A stretch of 47,601 nt of DNA from Candidatus Omnitrophota bacterium (GCA_028711765.1 JAQTRP010000002.1:1-47601), one strand, 5' to 3'. Shown: positions 31,362 through 42,033, counted from the stretch's first letter. Program-made: numbers and translations. The notes: generated by a model from the sequence alone, not told the origin.

Positions 31362-31470
31362 TTGTCTAAGTGGTAATACTTTATTAAAGTATTTTACATT
31401 GAAGATATAGAAATACCCTCATCCTGACTTAACACTAGGATAATATAAGGGTTACAGCTATTCAGAGTTA

Positions 31471-31499
31471 ATTATAACACACAAATTACGGGAAGGCAA
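31471..31499 (-). promoter_or_regulatory. Candidate sigma-70 promoter for the giant ORF (extended -10)
   Basis: The minus strand reads TTGCCT (31499-31494), a 17-nt spacer ending in TGT, then TATAAT (31476-31471), about 110 nt upstream of the ATG. No clear Shine-Dalgarno precedes the ATG. Sequence pattern only. Confidence 0.3.
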
Positions 31500-31607
31500 A
31501 TGGAGGTGCAGATTTAGTCCTTGTTGTAACCTATGGTGGGCGAAGAAGATATGGAATAAGCTATAAGATAAACAGCGCTAATTTCACTTACAACTTAAAG
31601 CTTATAG

Positions 31608-32180
31608 CTATATTTGCTGAATTTCCTGCTCTTTGGTTTTAACGAGCTTATCGATTTCTTCTATGAACTGGTCGGTAAACTTCTGCGATTCCTTCTGGAG
31701 TTTAAAAGCTTCATCCTCGGGAATCTGCTTATCCTTTTCGAGCTTTTTCAAATGCTCGTTGATCTCATGGCGCGAATTGCGGACAGATACCTTCCCCTCC
31801 TCCGCGAGGCGGTGGACAATCTTCTTAAGCTCGACTCGTCTCTCTTCGGTAAGGGGCGGCACCTGTATCCGGATGGATTTTCCGTCATTTGCCGGCGTGA
31901 GGCCCAGGCCCGACGCCTGAATGGCTCGCTCGATATCCTTAAGCACAGTCACATCCCAAGGCAGAATCAGTATGTTGCGCGGATCGGGCGTGCTCAGATT
32001 CGCGAGGCCCTTAAGCGGCGTGAGGGTGTCGTAGTAACTGACCTTTACGTCTTCCACAAGATGCGTTGAGGCACGGCCCGTGCGGATATTCTGGAACTCG
32101 CGCTTTACCGCGTCAAACGCTTTCTGCATTTTTGCTTTTCCGTTATTGACCATGTCGCGTACTGCTTGAGGTTCTGCCAT
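31608..32180 (-). CDS. frr: Ribosome recycling factor
   Basis: ...FQNIRTGRASTHLVEDVKVSYYD... The track ORF begins at GTG 32195. ATG 32180 is preferred because GGAGG lies 8 nt upstream. Confidence 0.95.
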   Translation of the reverse strand: MAEPQAVRDMVNNGKAKMQKAFDAVKREFQNIRTGRASTHLVEDVKVSYYDTLTPLKGLANLSTPDPRNILILPWDVTVLKDIERAIQASGLGLTPANDGKSIRIQVPPLTEERRVELKKIVHRLAEEGKVSVRNSRHEINEHLKKLEKDKQIPEDEAFKLQKESQKFTDQFIEEIDKLVKTKEQEIQQI

Positions 32181-32198
32181 GATTGCACCCTCCACCTA

Positions 32199-32260
32199 TG
32201 TAGGGCGCGTTTCCCAAACGCGCCGCCGCGCGTTGGGCCGTTCGGGGAACGGCCCCTACA
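32199..32260 (-). other. Nested GC-rich hairpins between pyrH and frr
   Basis: Outer stem tgtaggg / ccctaca. Inner hairpin gcgcgttt-ccc-aaacgcgc (32205-32223). Inner hairpin gggccgttc-ggg-gaacggccc (32235-32255). Confidence 0.6.
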
Positions 32261-32275
32261 ATCTGTTAACGTAAT

Positions 32276-33608
<1,333 letters not shown>

Positions 33609-33612
<4 letters not shown>

Positions 33613-34475
33613 TTCGCCCTTATCACTTTCTTGGGCTTCACCCGGGGCTTGGCCTTGTCTTCAAGTTTGGCTTTCCCGAGGGCCTCCGCCTCTTTCTCTT
33701 CGATTTCCTCAGCCTCTTCGGCCAGGCGATGCGCCGTGTCCGCTTCCTTCTTATCCTCTTCGTCCTTCAGCCTCTTTGCCTCCGTTTTGTCAAACCGCGC
33801 TCTTCCGCGGCAGGCGGCATCGGCAATAGCATCGCAGATAAGCTTAATCGAACGAAGGGCGTCGTCGTTGCCCGGTATGGGGTAGGTCACAAGATCGGGA
33901 TCGGAATTCGTATCAATGAGGGCGATAGAGGGAATATTCAACTTGGCGCATTCCTTGAGGGCGTTGATTTCCTTTTTGGGATCGACTATAAAAACGCCTC
34001 CCGGAAGTTTCTTCATCTTTCTCACGCCGCTGAGGACCTTATCGAGCTTCTCGCGCTCCTTCCTCATGGAGAGGACTTCCTTTTTGGTATAGAAGGCGTA
34101 CGTGCCTTCCTGTTCCATTTTTTCAAGATTATCTAATTTCTCGACGCTCTTGCGGACTGTCTCGAAATTGGTCAACATACCGCCCAGCCACCGGACGCTG
34201 ACATGCGGCATTTCAGACTGCTTCGCCGCCTCGTCTATCGCCTCCTGCGCCTGTTTCTTGGTTCCGACAAAAAGCAGATTTCTGCCTTCGGCGGTGATTG
34301 ATTCCACGAATTCGCAAGCCCGCTTGAGACACTCGAGGGCTCGCTCGAGATCGATAATGTAAATCCCGTTGCGCTCTCCGTAAATATAGGGCGCCATTTT
34401 CGGATTCCAGCGCCTTGTCTGGTGACCAAAATGTACACCGGCCTCAAGGAGCTTCTTCACATCAATGTTTTCCAA
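33609..34475 (-). CDS. rpsB: 30S ribosomal protein S2 with a Lys/Glu-rich C-terminal tail
   Basis: LLEAGVHFGHQTRRWNPKM. TTG start with AGGAGG 8 nt upstream. Confidence 0.95.
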
Positions 34476-34595
34476 TTTCTCGTCCTCCTAATATATTCAA
34501 ATTACGTAAGTTACACACATTAAAGTTTTAAATAAGATTGGCAATAGTGTTGCATTATAGCGACATCGACTTATAAGAGCAAGAATTTTTTGGAA

Positions 34596-34715
34596 CACAG
34601 ATAATCACAGATGAACATTTGTAACCACAATCACACAGATGATCGCAGATAGATTTTATCTGCGCCAATCTGTGTAGTCCATATCTGTGATCATCCCTGC
34701 CTGCCGGCAGGCAGG
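34596..34715. repeat. Stuttered cacagat / atctgtg words in inverted arrangement, plus a perfect 20-nt palindrome (34696-34715) just downstream of the msbA-like stop
   Basis: Forward words at 34596, 34606, 34634 and 34644. Reverse words at 34658, 34668 and 34683. Then cctgcctgccggcaggcagg. Confidence 0.7.
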
Positions 34716-34722
34716 TGTGTTT

Positions 34723-36474
34723 TCAAATGTTAAACTGCAACTCGTACAAACGCCTATACAAACCACCCTCCCTAAGGAGAGAATCGTTTGTGCCCGACTC
34801 GACAACGCACCCATCTTCCAAAACTATGATGCGGCTCGCGTTTTGAACAGTCGAGAGGCGGTGAGCGATTACAAAGACTGTCCTCTTTTGGACAAGCCGT
34901 TCGATCGCTTCCTGAACAAGCCTTTCGCTTTCCGTATCGAGCTGGGAAGTGGCTTCGTCTAAAATCAATATCGGCGGGTTCTTCAGCATGGCGCGGGCGA
35001 TAGAAAGTCTCTGACGCTGCCCACCCGAGAGCTTAACGCCACGCTCCCCTATCATGGTGTCGTAACCGTGCGGCATCTCTCTGATAAATTCATCGGCCTG
35101 GGCCGCTATGGCGGCTTCTTTTATTTCTTCGATGCTCGCGCCGGGTTTACCGTAGGCGATATTGTCGCGAATCGAATCGTTGAAAAGTATCGTCTCTTGA
35201 GTAACTATTCCTATCTGGTCCCTAAGAGATTTCAAAGTGAAATTACGGGTATCCTCGCCGTTTATTTTGATCGCTCCCCCAACCGGATCGTAGAATCGCG
35301 GTATCAAATTCACAAGAGACGTTTTCCCTGAACCGCTCACTCCCACGATAGCGACAATCTCGCCCGCTCGCACGTCAAGATTTATGTCGTGGAGCACAGG
35401 AATTCCCTTATCGTATTCGAATGAAACATCACAGAAATTAACCGAATGGATGGGCGGAAAAAGCTGTTTCGCGTCGGGTTTCTCCTTAACCGTGACCTCT
35501 TTATCTATAATCTCAAATATCCTTGTCCCCGCGGCAATCGAACTCTGGATCGAGGCATTTACCTTACTAATTTTCTTCAAGGGCTCATAAAAAATAAAGA
35601 GTGAACCTATAAAGGCAACAAACCGGTCTGCCGGCAGCATTTTAATTCCCAACCATATGGCAAAGGCGGCGGCAAAAGCGCCGAGAATCTCAATTAAGGG
35701 ACGCTGAACGATGGTGATCTTCACCATTTTTCTAAGGTAATCGAAAACTTTCTGGTTCACTGCCCGGAACTTACTCACTTCGCGCTCTTCCATATTGAAA
35801 GCCTTAACGATGCGGACACCCGTAATCGTCTCCTGAAGAACGCTCGTTATGTCGGCGTTACGTTCCGCCATGCTGCGCGTTACTTTTCTTAATTTTCTGC
35901 CGAGAAATACTATGGGAATCGATACCATGGGAAAAAGCGTAAGGCCTATGATCGCGAGCTTTCCTCCCCAGATAATCGTCATCGGAAGATTGAAAAGAAT
36001 TATGAGCGGCTGCTTTACGAGATCTACGATAACATCGGTAATCGCGCCCTGAATATAGTTCACGTCGTTCATAATACGGGAAATGAGGTCTCCGGTTCTG
36101 CCGTGCGCATAAAAGTCAAGCGACAGCCGGTTCATGTGAGTATAAAGATCATTGCGCACGTTGCGGATCGCCATAAGCCCCACGTTAGCCATCATATACT
36201 GCGAGATGTAATCAAAAACCCCACGAAAAAAGAAGACGAAGATGATGATAAACGGGATCCATCCGGCGGAAAAGACTATGGGGCGGCCTATCGGAACATA
36301 GGGTAGGTCTTTTATGATAACCATGCCCTTATTGAAGAAACCGTTGAAAATTATATAGAGGGTTGCCGAGACAAGGGCGTTGAATATGGAGAAAAAGAAC
36401 ATGGCGAGAAAGGCCACCGCGAGGTGCCCCTTATACGGCTTGATATAACTAAGTAATCGAGGGTAAATTCTCAT
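34723..36474 (-). CDS. msbA: ABC transporter, fused permease/ATPase, MsbA-like lipid A exporter
   Basis: Six-helix N-terminal half. Walker A GVSGSGKTS, signature LSGGQRQR, Walker B ILILDEATS. The neighbourhood is lipid A biosynthesis genes. Confidence 0.8.
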   Translation of the reverse strand: MRIYPRLLSYIKPYKGHLAVAFLAMFFFSIFNALVSATLYIIFNGFFNKGMVIIKDLPYVPIGRPIVFSAGWIPFIIIFVFFFRGVFDYISQYMMANVGLMAIRNVRNDLYTHMNRLSLDFYAHGRTGDLISRIMNDVNYIQGAITDVIVDLVKQPLIILFNLPMTIIWGGKLAIIGLTLFPMVSIPIVFLGRKLRKVTRSMAERNADITSVLQETITGVRIVKAFNMEEREVSKFRAVNQKVFDYLRKMVKITIVQRPLIEILGAFAAAFAIWLGIKMLPADRFVAFIGSLFIFYEPLKKISKVNASIQSSIAAGTRIFEIIDKEVTVKEKPDAKQLFPPIHSVNFCDVSFEYDKGIPVLHDINLDVRAGEIVAIVGVSGSGKTSLVNLIPRFYDPVGGAIKINGEDTRNFTLKSLRDQIGIVTQETILFNDSIRDNIAYGKPGASIEEIKEAAIAAQADEFIREMPHGYDTMIGERGVKLSGGQRQRLSIARAMLKNPPILILDEATSQLDTESERLVQEAIERLVQKRTVFVIAHRLSTVQNASRIIVLEDGCVVESGTNDSLLREGGLYRRLYELQFNI

Positions 36475-36481
36475 AGAAGTT

Positions 36482-36580
36482 TTAAGCTATAAGCTTTAAG
36501 CTATAAGTAACTTCTGGAAACTTTAGAGCACAGAAGCTCTTTCGCGTATTACTTACAGCTTACAGCTTATAGCTTATAGC
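36482..36580. repeat. Long imperfect inverted repeat of ataagct / acagct words in the divergent intergenic region
   Basis: Left arm ttaagctataagctttaagctataagtaa (36482-36510). Right arm ttacttacagcttacagcttatagcttatagc (36549-36580). Inner cttctg..cagaag hairpin. Confidence 0.7.
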
Positions 36581-36683
36581 TGGAAAAGTGCGGATTTTAC
36601 CATATTCGTTGACTTATAACAAGCTATTTGGTATAATTGACCCGTTTTCCACCGTAAAATATTATAGATAAAAGGGTTACGCA

Positions 36684-37652
36684 ATGCAACGAATAAAAGT
36701 CGGAGTAGTCGGTGTTGGTCATTTAGGGAAAGAACACGCCAGAATATACTCTCAAAATCCGCTGGCAGAGCTCACCGGGATTTGCGATATTGACGAATCA
36801 AAGTCCGAGAAGGCAAAAGAGTTAGGGACAAAATTCTTCAGGTCTTACGAAGACCTCCTCCCCCTTATCGAAGCCGTCAGTATCGCCGTCCCCACCTCCA
36901 AACACTACGAAATCGCGAAGGTATTCCTTGAGCACGGCAAACACGTCCTCGTTGAGAAACCAATAACCAATCGGCTAGACGAAGCTGACAAGCTGATCGA
37001 GCTCGCCCGCGAGAGGAAACTCGCGCTCCAGGTCGGCCACATAGAAAGATACAATGCCGGCTTCCGCGAAGTCGAGAAAGTGGCTAAAGAAATCCGTTTC
37101 ATCGAAATCCACAGGCTTGGGCCCTTTACACCGAGGGTATCCGATTGCGGTGTCGTGCTTGACCTTATGATCCACGACCTCGACATACTCCTTACGCTGG
37201 TCGAGTCGGAAATCGAAACATTCGACGCTATCGGCATCCATGTCCTCACCCCCTTTGAAGATATTGCGAATGTCAGGATTAAATTTAAAAACGGCGCGAT
37301 CGCCAATCTCACGGCCTCACGACTCACGCCGGAACGGCAGAGAAAAATCCGTATCTTCCAGCCAAACGCCTATATCTCCCTCGACTACGGCACGCAGAAG
37401 GCGTCGATTTTCCGTAAAGAGGGCCTCTCGATTACACGCAATGAGATCGACATCCAGCAGGAAGAACCTCTAAAAAACGAACTGGACTATTTCCTGAAAT
37501 CGATTAAGGATAAAACCGGTCTCGGTAAACCCGACATAGGCGCGCGCAACGCTTTGGAGCTCGCCCTTAAAATAACCGAAAACATCAAGAAAAACCTGTC
37601 TCTGGTCACAGCCAGCCTAGAAAATGACTCCAAGAGGAAAAGAACTAAATAG
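36684..37652 (+). CDS. Gfo/Idh/MocA family NAD(P)-dependent oxidoreductase
   Basis: N-terminal Rossmann motif KVGVVGVGHLGKEHA, plus EKP. Sits directly upstream of, and overlapping, lpxB. Confidence 0.85.
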   Translation: MQRIKVGVVGVGHLGKEHARIYSQNPLAELTGICDIDESKSEKAKELGTKFFRSYEDLLPLIEAVSIAVPTSKHYEIAKVFLEHGKHVLVEKPITNRLDEADKLIELARERKLALQVGHIERYNAGFREVEKVAKEIRFIEIHRLGPFTPRVSDCGVVLDLMIHDLDILLTLVESEIETFDAIGIHVLTPFEDIANVRIKFKNGAIANLTASRLTPERQRKIRIFQPNAYISLDYGTQKASIFRKEGLSITRNEIDIQQEEPLKNELDYFLKSIKDKTGLGKPDIGARNALELALKITENIKKNLSLVTASLENDSKRKRTK

Positions 37653-38808
37653 CCCTTACGGGCAAACGAAGAGAATATTCATGGTGGCCGGCGAGGCTTC
37701 GGGCGACCGCCACGGCGCGCACTTAATTGAAGAGCTTCTCAAGCGCGACCCGTCTTTAGAAATCCGCGGTTTAGGCGGGGTTGAGATGCGGGCCGCGGGA
37801 ATGCAGCTTCTAGAAGACCTGACACAGATCGCGGTAGTCGGTCTATGCGACGTCCTTAAAAAATATTTCGTCTTCCGCCGGATATTCCATAAGACACTGC
37901 GGGAGATAAAGCGCTTCAAGCCCGATCTTGTCATACTCATCGACTATCCGGGATTCAACCTCAGGCTTGCAAAGAAGATAAAGAAAAAATTCGCGTTTCC
38001 CATAATCTATTACATATCACCGCAGGTTTGGGCTTGGGGCGCAAGGCGAATCAAAACGATACGTCGCGTCGTAGATAAAATGTTGGTACTCTTCCATTTC
38101 GAGGAAAAAATCTATAACAAGATGAAGATCCCCGTCGAGTGGGTCGGTCACCCTCTTGTTGACGATTTTAAGCCTTCGGCAAGCCGCTCAAAGCTCCACG
38201 AGGAATTCGGCGGTGATAAACAACATCCGATCGTCGCGCTACTGCCCGGCTCACGGCTTAAAGAAGTGGAACGCATACTGCCGACAATGCTCGAGACCGC
38301 ATCCAAGATCCGGACATTTTTCCCCGAGGCGCGTTTTGTCCTCACCCGTTCTCCGAACATAGAGGAAAAATATTACGAAAAAGCGAAAGAGACGGATCTC
38401 GATATTCAGCTTGTCTTAAACAGAACCCACGACATTCTTATGGCGAGCGATTTCGCGCTGATTACTTCCGGCACGACAACTTTAGAGGCTGCCATGGCAC
38501 TGATTCCCTTTGTTATCCTCTATAAAACCGGAAGGCTCACCTTCTGGGTGGGCAAACGCTTAGTGAGACTTCCCTATATCGGCATGGTAAATGTGATCGC
38601 CCACCGGAAGATCGTGCCGGAGTTCCTCCAGCGCGAAGCCAATCCCGTAACAATCGCTCACGAGACAGCCTTTATCCTTAAGAACGATGACGCGAGGGAA
38701 AAGATGCAGGAATATTTAAAAGCGGTCAAGGAAACTCTGGGGCCGGCTGGGGCTTCGGAACGGGCTGCGATAGCCGTGCTCGACTTTCTTAAAAACCGTG
38801 ACTTGTGA
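37624..38808 (+). CDS. lpxB: Lipid-A-disaccharide synthase
   Basis: IFMVAGEASGDRHGAHLIEEL N-terminal signature. Length and C-terminal half are typical. ATG 37624 overlaps the upstream gene by 29 nt; the exact start is uncertain. Confidence 0.9.
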   Translation: MTPRGKELNSPYGQTKRIFMVAGEASGDRHGAHLIEELLKRDPSLEIRGLGGVEMRAAGMQLLEDLTQIAVVGLCDVLKKYFVFRRIFHKTLREIKRFKPDLVILIDYPGFNLRLAKKIKKKFAFPIIYYISPQVWAWGARRIKTIRRVVDKMLVLFHFEEKIYNKMKIPVEWVGHPLVDDFKPSASRSKLHEEFGGDKQHPIVALLPGSRLKEVERILPTMLETASKIRTFFPEARFVLTRSPNIEEKYYEKAKETDLDIQLVLNRTHDILMASDFALITSGTTTLEAAMALIPFVILYKTGRLTFWVGKRLVRLPYIGMVNVIAHRKIVPEFLQREANPVTIAHETAFILKNDDAREKMQEYLKAVKETLGPAGASERAAIAVLDFLKNRDL

Positions 38809-38847
38809 CCCGAAGGCGGGGCACGAGACACGGGTCACGAATCACGG
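38796..38847. terminator. Hairpin at the convergent 3' ends of lpxB and the sensor kinase
   Basis: Arms ccgtgacttgtgacccg / cgggtcacgaatcacgg with an 18-nt loop. It overlaps both stop codons. No U-tract is visible. Confidence 0.4.
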
Positions 38848-41655
38848 TTTCTGAGCGTTAACGTGCAGTAGATTAAACACCTTATCAATAAGCTCACGCG
38901 GCTTGAACGGCTTTCCCACGTACTCGTTGGCAAACTCCTTAAAACCTCTCATAACCATCTCTTCCTGTTTCAACGCGGTAAACATTATTATGGGCACCTT
39001 CTTCCCACGCTCGCTCGCGCGGATCATACGGCCTGCCTCAAAACCGTCCATACCCGGCATAAGCATATCAAGCACTATGATATCGATTTTTTCGCGGTAA
39101 ACAAGCTCAAGGCAGCGTGGGCCGTCCGGCGCCGTCAGAACGCGGAAGTGCTCTGACTCAAGTATCATCTTTGTAAAATCTAAGGTATCGGGATCGTCGT
39201 CGACTACCAAAACCGTATATTTCTCGGGAGAAATTACGCGGCCTCCCCGTTCAACAGGCTTAAGGCGCTGGGCGTGAGGAACGCCGGCAATCTCCTCCTT
39301 CGGCTTATAGGGAAGGAAGAAAAATACCTGTGTCCCCTCACCGAGCTTGCTCTGTATCCAAATACGTCCGCCGTGAAGTTCGACTATCTCCTTTGTGATA
39401 GTAAGGCCGAGGCCAAGGCCGCCGTAACGGCGGCGGCTCGAGCCGTCGACCTGATAAAATGGCTCTAAAACGTAACGCAGGTCCTGCTCAGAAATACCGA
39501 CGCCGGTATCGGCCACCGAGAAGGTAAGACCTTCTCTCTCCTTTTTGCAGGAAACTTTAATCTTTCCATTTGACGGCGTGAATTTAATCGCGTTGCCGAG
39601 TAAATTGGTAAACACCTGGGTAAGACGTACCGAATCCGCCCTGAGATAAAGGTGCGGCAGCGTTATGTGGTTCTCAAGTTTTATCCCTTTTGAAGAGGCA
39701 AGGGGCTCGAAGGAATGAACGCAGTCGCTTACGATAAACGAGGCGTTAACATCCTCAAGGTTAAGGCGGTAACGGCCCGACTCGATGCGCGTGAGGTCGA
39801 GCAGGTCTTTTATCAGGTTTGCCAGGTGGTCTATTTTGTTCTGTGAAATCTCAAGTCCCTTAACCTGCCGTTCGGTGAGGGGACCCGCCTTCCCCGACAA
39901 GATGTGGCTGATATATCCCTGCACGGTAGTCAGGGGCGTATTGAGCTCATGGGAAACCATCGAGAGAAATTCGAGTTTCATTTGATTCAACCTCTCGAGT
40001 TCGATGTTGGCGCGGATAAGCTCCTGCTGCTTTGCTTCAAGTTCTTCAGTGCGTTTCTTAACCTCACGCTCAAGATCGGCGGCGTACTCCGCCTCTTTTC
40101 TCGTAAACTCTTCCTGCGCCGTTACGTCGCGCGCGACACCGCGCACGCCGACAATCTCTGCACCGTAGCGGATAACGGACGAATACACCTGGACGTCGCG
40201 TTCTTTACCGGCGGAATCGTATATCTTGAACTTGAATCGATCGCTTTCAGACTCACCGTGGAGTTCCCTGTTGAAAATTTCAATCGGGATATGCGCGGTC
40301 TCGGAAACGAACAAATCGCTAAAGCGCCGCCCGATCCACTCCCCGGGGTTATATCCAAAAGTACGCTTGGCGCCCATGCTGATCTGGGTGAAACAGGCAT
40401 TCTGGTCAAGCGCAAAAATAACATCATCTAAATTATTAACCAAATCCTGATAGAGCTTCTCGGACTGCGCGAGCTCTTCCGCCTTAACGCGCGCCTTTTG
40501 CTCAAGTGAGGCATAGGAATCCTTGAGTTTTTCGGCCATACGGTTAAACTCGCGGGCGAGCTCTTCGACCTCATCGCCCGTCTTAACTTCTACGACGTGA
40601 TCGAGCCGGCCTTCCCCAAGGCTGTGAGCCCCTTCGACCAGCTTTTTAAGCGCGCTCGTCAGGTGGGCAGTCGCGATAAAAGAAAGGATGAAAGCGATGA
40701 GAGTGCCGCCCGCCGCGCCGAGGATAATGACCATGATATTCTTGTTGGTGATACTGGTAAATTCGCGCTCGGATGTAAAAATCGAAAGGACGCCGATCGT
40801 CCGTCCGACCTTATTTGTAATAGGCAGAAAGGAACACCAGCGCCATTCTTTCCCGATCCAGAGCCTTAGCCTCGCGAAGTTTTCGGCCTTAATCCTATCG
40901 ATAATCTTCGCGGGCACCGGGCTTTCCATCTCTCTTGAGCCGTCGGACCCGAGCAATGTTGTGGCAACATACCGCTCGTTACCTATAATCGCCGCGTCGG
41001 TACCGGTCTGAACGCGGATTTGGTCCACTATCTCGGTTGTACCATTTATAACCCTCCCGGCAATGACAGCGCCGATTATTGCCTCCTTCGCCTCATCGTA
41101 AAGCGGACAGGCCACGACCTGAACCATCGCCTCAACAGAGGAGACAAACCGGCCTTCCCCTCCGCCAAGTTTGAACTTGCCTTCGGGCGCCTCGCGGGCA
41201 AGGTCTTCAAGAGGGATAAGTTCCGTCGAACGCACAAGACTACCGTAGAGTGCGTCTCTTGATATCGAGCGAAGCGGGAAAAGATCGCCCTGAAATTCAC
41301 CTTCGGAACGTATGACCACGCGCTCTACCGTGTCGATAACCGTAATAAAAGTGGTCCGCCACTCTTTCTGGAGCGATTCGAGCTCGGCGGCGAGGGGTTC
41401 GGTCTTTTTATTATAGTAGTAATTCCGGTAGGCCTCTCCTATGGACATATTCGCCGTCTGAAGAAGTCTGAAGGCAAGGTCGTCGAGTTTATTTTCATAA
41501 ACGGCCTGCGCGAGCTTGAGGTCGCGTTGCATCAGCTTTAGGGTCCGGGCGCGGGCGTCGTTGAAAACCACGCTGCTTGACACCAGCAAAATGAGGACAA
41601 TGGGAATGATAAGTACGAGGAGAAAGAAAAGAAGGAGTTTACGCCTTAAATTCAT
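38842..41655 (-). CDS. Hybrid sensor histidine kinase (TM, periplasmic sensor, TM, HAMP, PAS, HisKA, HATPase_c, REC)
   Basis: TM helices LLLFFLLVLIIPIVLILLV and IMVIILGAAGGTLIAFILSFIA. H box SHELNTPLT; N box NLLGNAIKFT; G1 DTGVGI; G2 GGLGLGL. C-terminal receiver VLVVDDDPD...LDMLMPGMDG. Confidence 0.9.
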   Translation of the reverse strand: MNLRRKLLLFFLLVLIIPIVLILLVSSSVVFNDARARTLKLMQRDLKLAQAVYENKLDDLAFRLLQTANMSIGEAYRNYYYNKKTEPLAAELESLQKEWRTTFITVIDTVERVVIRSEGEFQGDLFPLRSISRDALYGSLVRSTELIPLEDLAREAPEGKFKLGGGEGRFVSSVEAMVQVVACPLYDEAKEAIIGAVIAGRVINGTTEIVDQIRVQTGTDAAIIGNERYVATTLLGSDGSREMESPVPAKIIDRIKAENFARLRLWIGKEWRWCSFLPITNKVGRTIGVLSIFTSEREFTSITNKNIMVIILGAAGGTLIAFILSFIATAHLTSALKKLVEGAHSLGEGRLDHVVEVKTGDEVEELAREFNRMAEKLKDSYASLEQKARVKAEELAQSEKLYQDLVNNLDDVIFALDQNACFTQISMGAKRTFGYNPGEWIGRRFSDLFVSETAHIPIEIFNRELHGESESDRFKFKIYDSAGKERDVQVYSSVIRYGAEIVGVRGVARDVTAQEEFTRKEAEYAADLEREVKKRTEELEAKQQELIRANIELERLNQMKLEFLSMVSHELNTPLTTVQGYISHILSGKAGPLTERQVKGLEISQNKIDHLANLIKDLLDLTRIESGRYRLNLEDVNASFIVSDCVHSFEPLASSKGIKLENHITLPHLYLRADSVRLTQVFTNLLGNAIKFTPSNGKIKVSCKKEREGLTFSVADTGVGISEQDLRYVLEPFYQVDGSSRRRYGGLGLGLTITKEIVELHGGRIWIQSKLGEGTQVFFFLPYKPKEEIAGVPHAQRLKPVERGGRVISPEKYTVLVVDDDPDTLDFTKMILESEHFRVLTAPDGPRCLELVYREKIDIIVLDMLMPGMDGFEAGRMIRASERGKKVPIIMFTALKQEEMVMRGFKEFANEYVGKPFKPRELIDKVFNLLHVNAQKP

Positions 41656-41679
41656 ACCAACCTTACGGCTTAAGCCTTA

Positions 41680-42033
41680 TCAGATAAAAGATTTGATTGC
41701 CTTAACTAATTCGTCCACGTTGGCCGACTTAAAAAGAACCTTATCCACATATTCTTTCAAGGCACCGGCAACGAAATCAAGCCGGCCGGTATATATGATA
41801 ATGTAAGTTTGGGGCCAAGCACTCTTTATACTATCGAGAAGTTCGATGCCGCTGCGCTCCGGCATCATAAGGTCAAGGACAAGCGCGTTGGGGCGGTACC
41901 CTTTACGCACGAGATTCAGCACCTCAAGGCCGTTATTGACAACTGTAACTTCGCAATCACAGTCTTCGAGTTTAAGCTTTATCAACTCGCACAAATCGTT
42001 GTCGTCGTCAGCCAATAAAAGTTTTTTCGGCAT
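41680..42033 (-). CDS. Single-domain response regulator (receiver only)
   Basis: KKLLLADDDNDL...LVLDLMMPERSG...; 117 aa. Confidence 0.9.
   Translation of the reverse strand: MPKKLLLADDDNDLCELIKLKLEDCDCEVTVVNNGLEVLNLVRKGYRPNALVLDLMMPERSGIELLDSIKSAWPQTYIIIYTGRLDFVAGALKEYVDKVLFKSANVDELVKAIKSFI

Noticed and set aside
1-31361. Region is non-coding, a pseudogene graveyard, or uses an alternative genetic code, because the track shows no long ORF there
   Set aside because: One minus-strand frame contains none of the three stop codons, so no recoding is needed. The neighbouring genes terminate normally with TAA, TAG and TGA. Catalytic motifs appear intact throughout. The track most likely omits ORFs that do not close inside the window.
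1-31361. NRPS/PKS megasynthase, with GxSLG read as the carrier-protein phosphopantetheine site
   Set aside because: No condensation, adenylation, ketosynthase, acyltransferase or thioesterase motifs were seen. The motif lies in short linkers with unrelated flanks, not in an approx 80 aa four-helix carrier domain. It is kept only as a remote alternative (a Ser-modification sequon).
1-31361. Repetitive adhesin / RTX / Ig-repeat type giant surface protein
   Set aside because: The modules are mutually unrelated enzyme and regulator folds. The only repeats are the junction motif, the spacers and a few duplicated modules.
1-31361. Prophage, integrative element or toxin (Rhs/polymorphic toxin) locus
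   Set aside because: No integrase, transposase, terminase, capsid, tRNA attachment site, RHS/YD repeats or recognisable toxin/immunity pair was seen. The locus sits in conserved core-gene context.
2065-31376. Plus-strand ORFs of 150-230 aa as real genes (for example 2065-2748, 4857-5405, 13617-14168, 14568-15083, 22807-23499, 30723-31376)
   Set aside because: They are antisense shadows of the giant minus-strand frame. Their translations are low-complexity and rich in Ser/Arg/Leu/Phe, with no recognisable motifs. They are repeatedly broken, while the opposite strand stays open.
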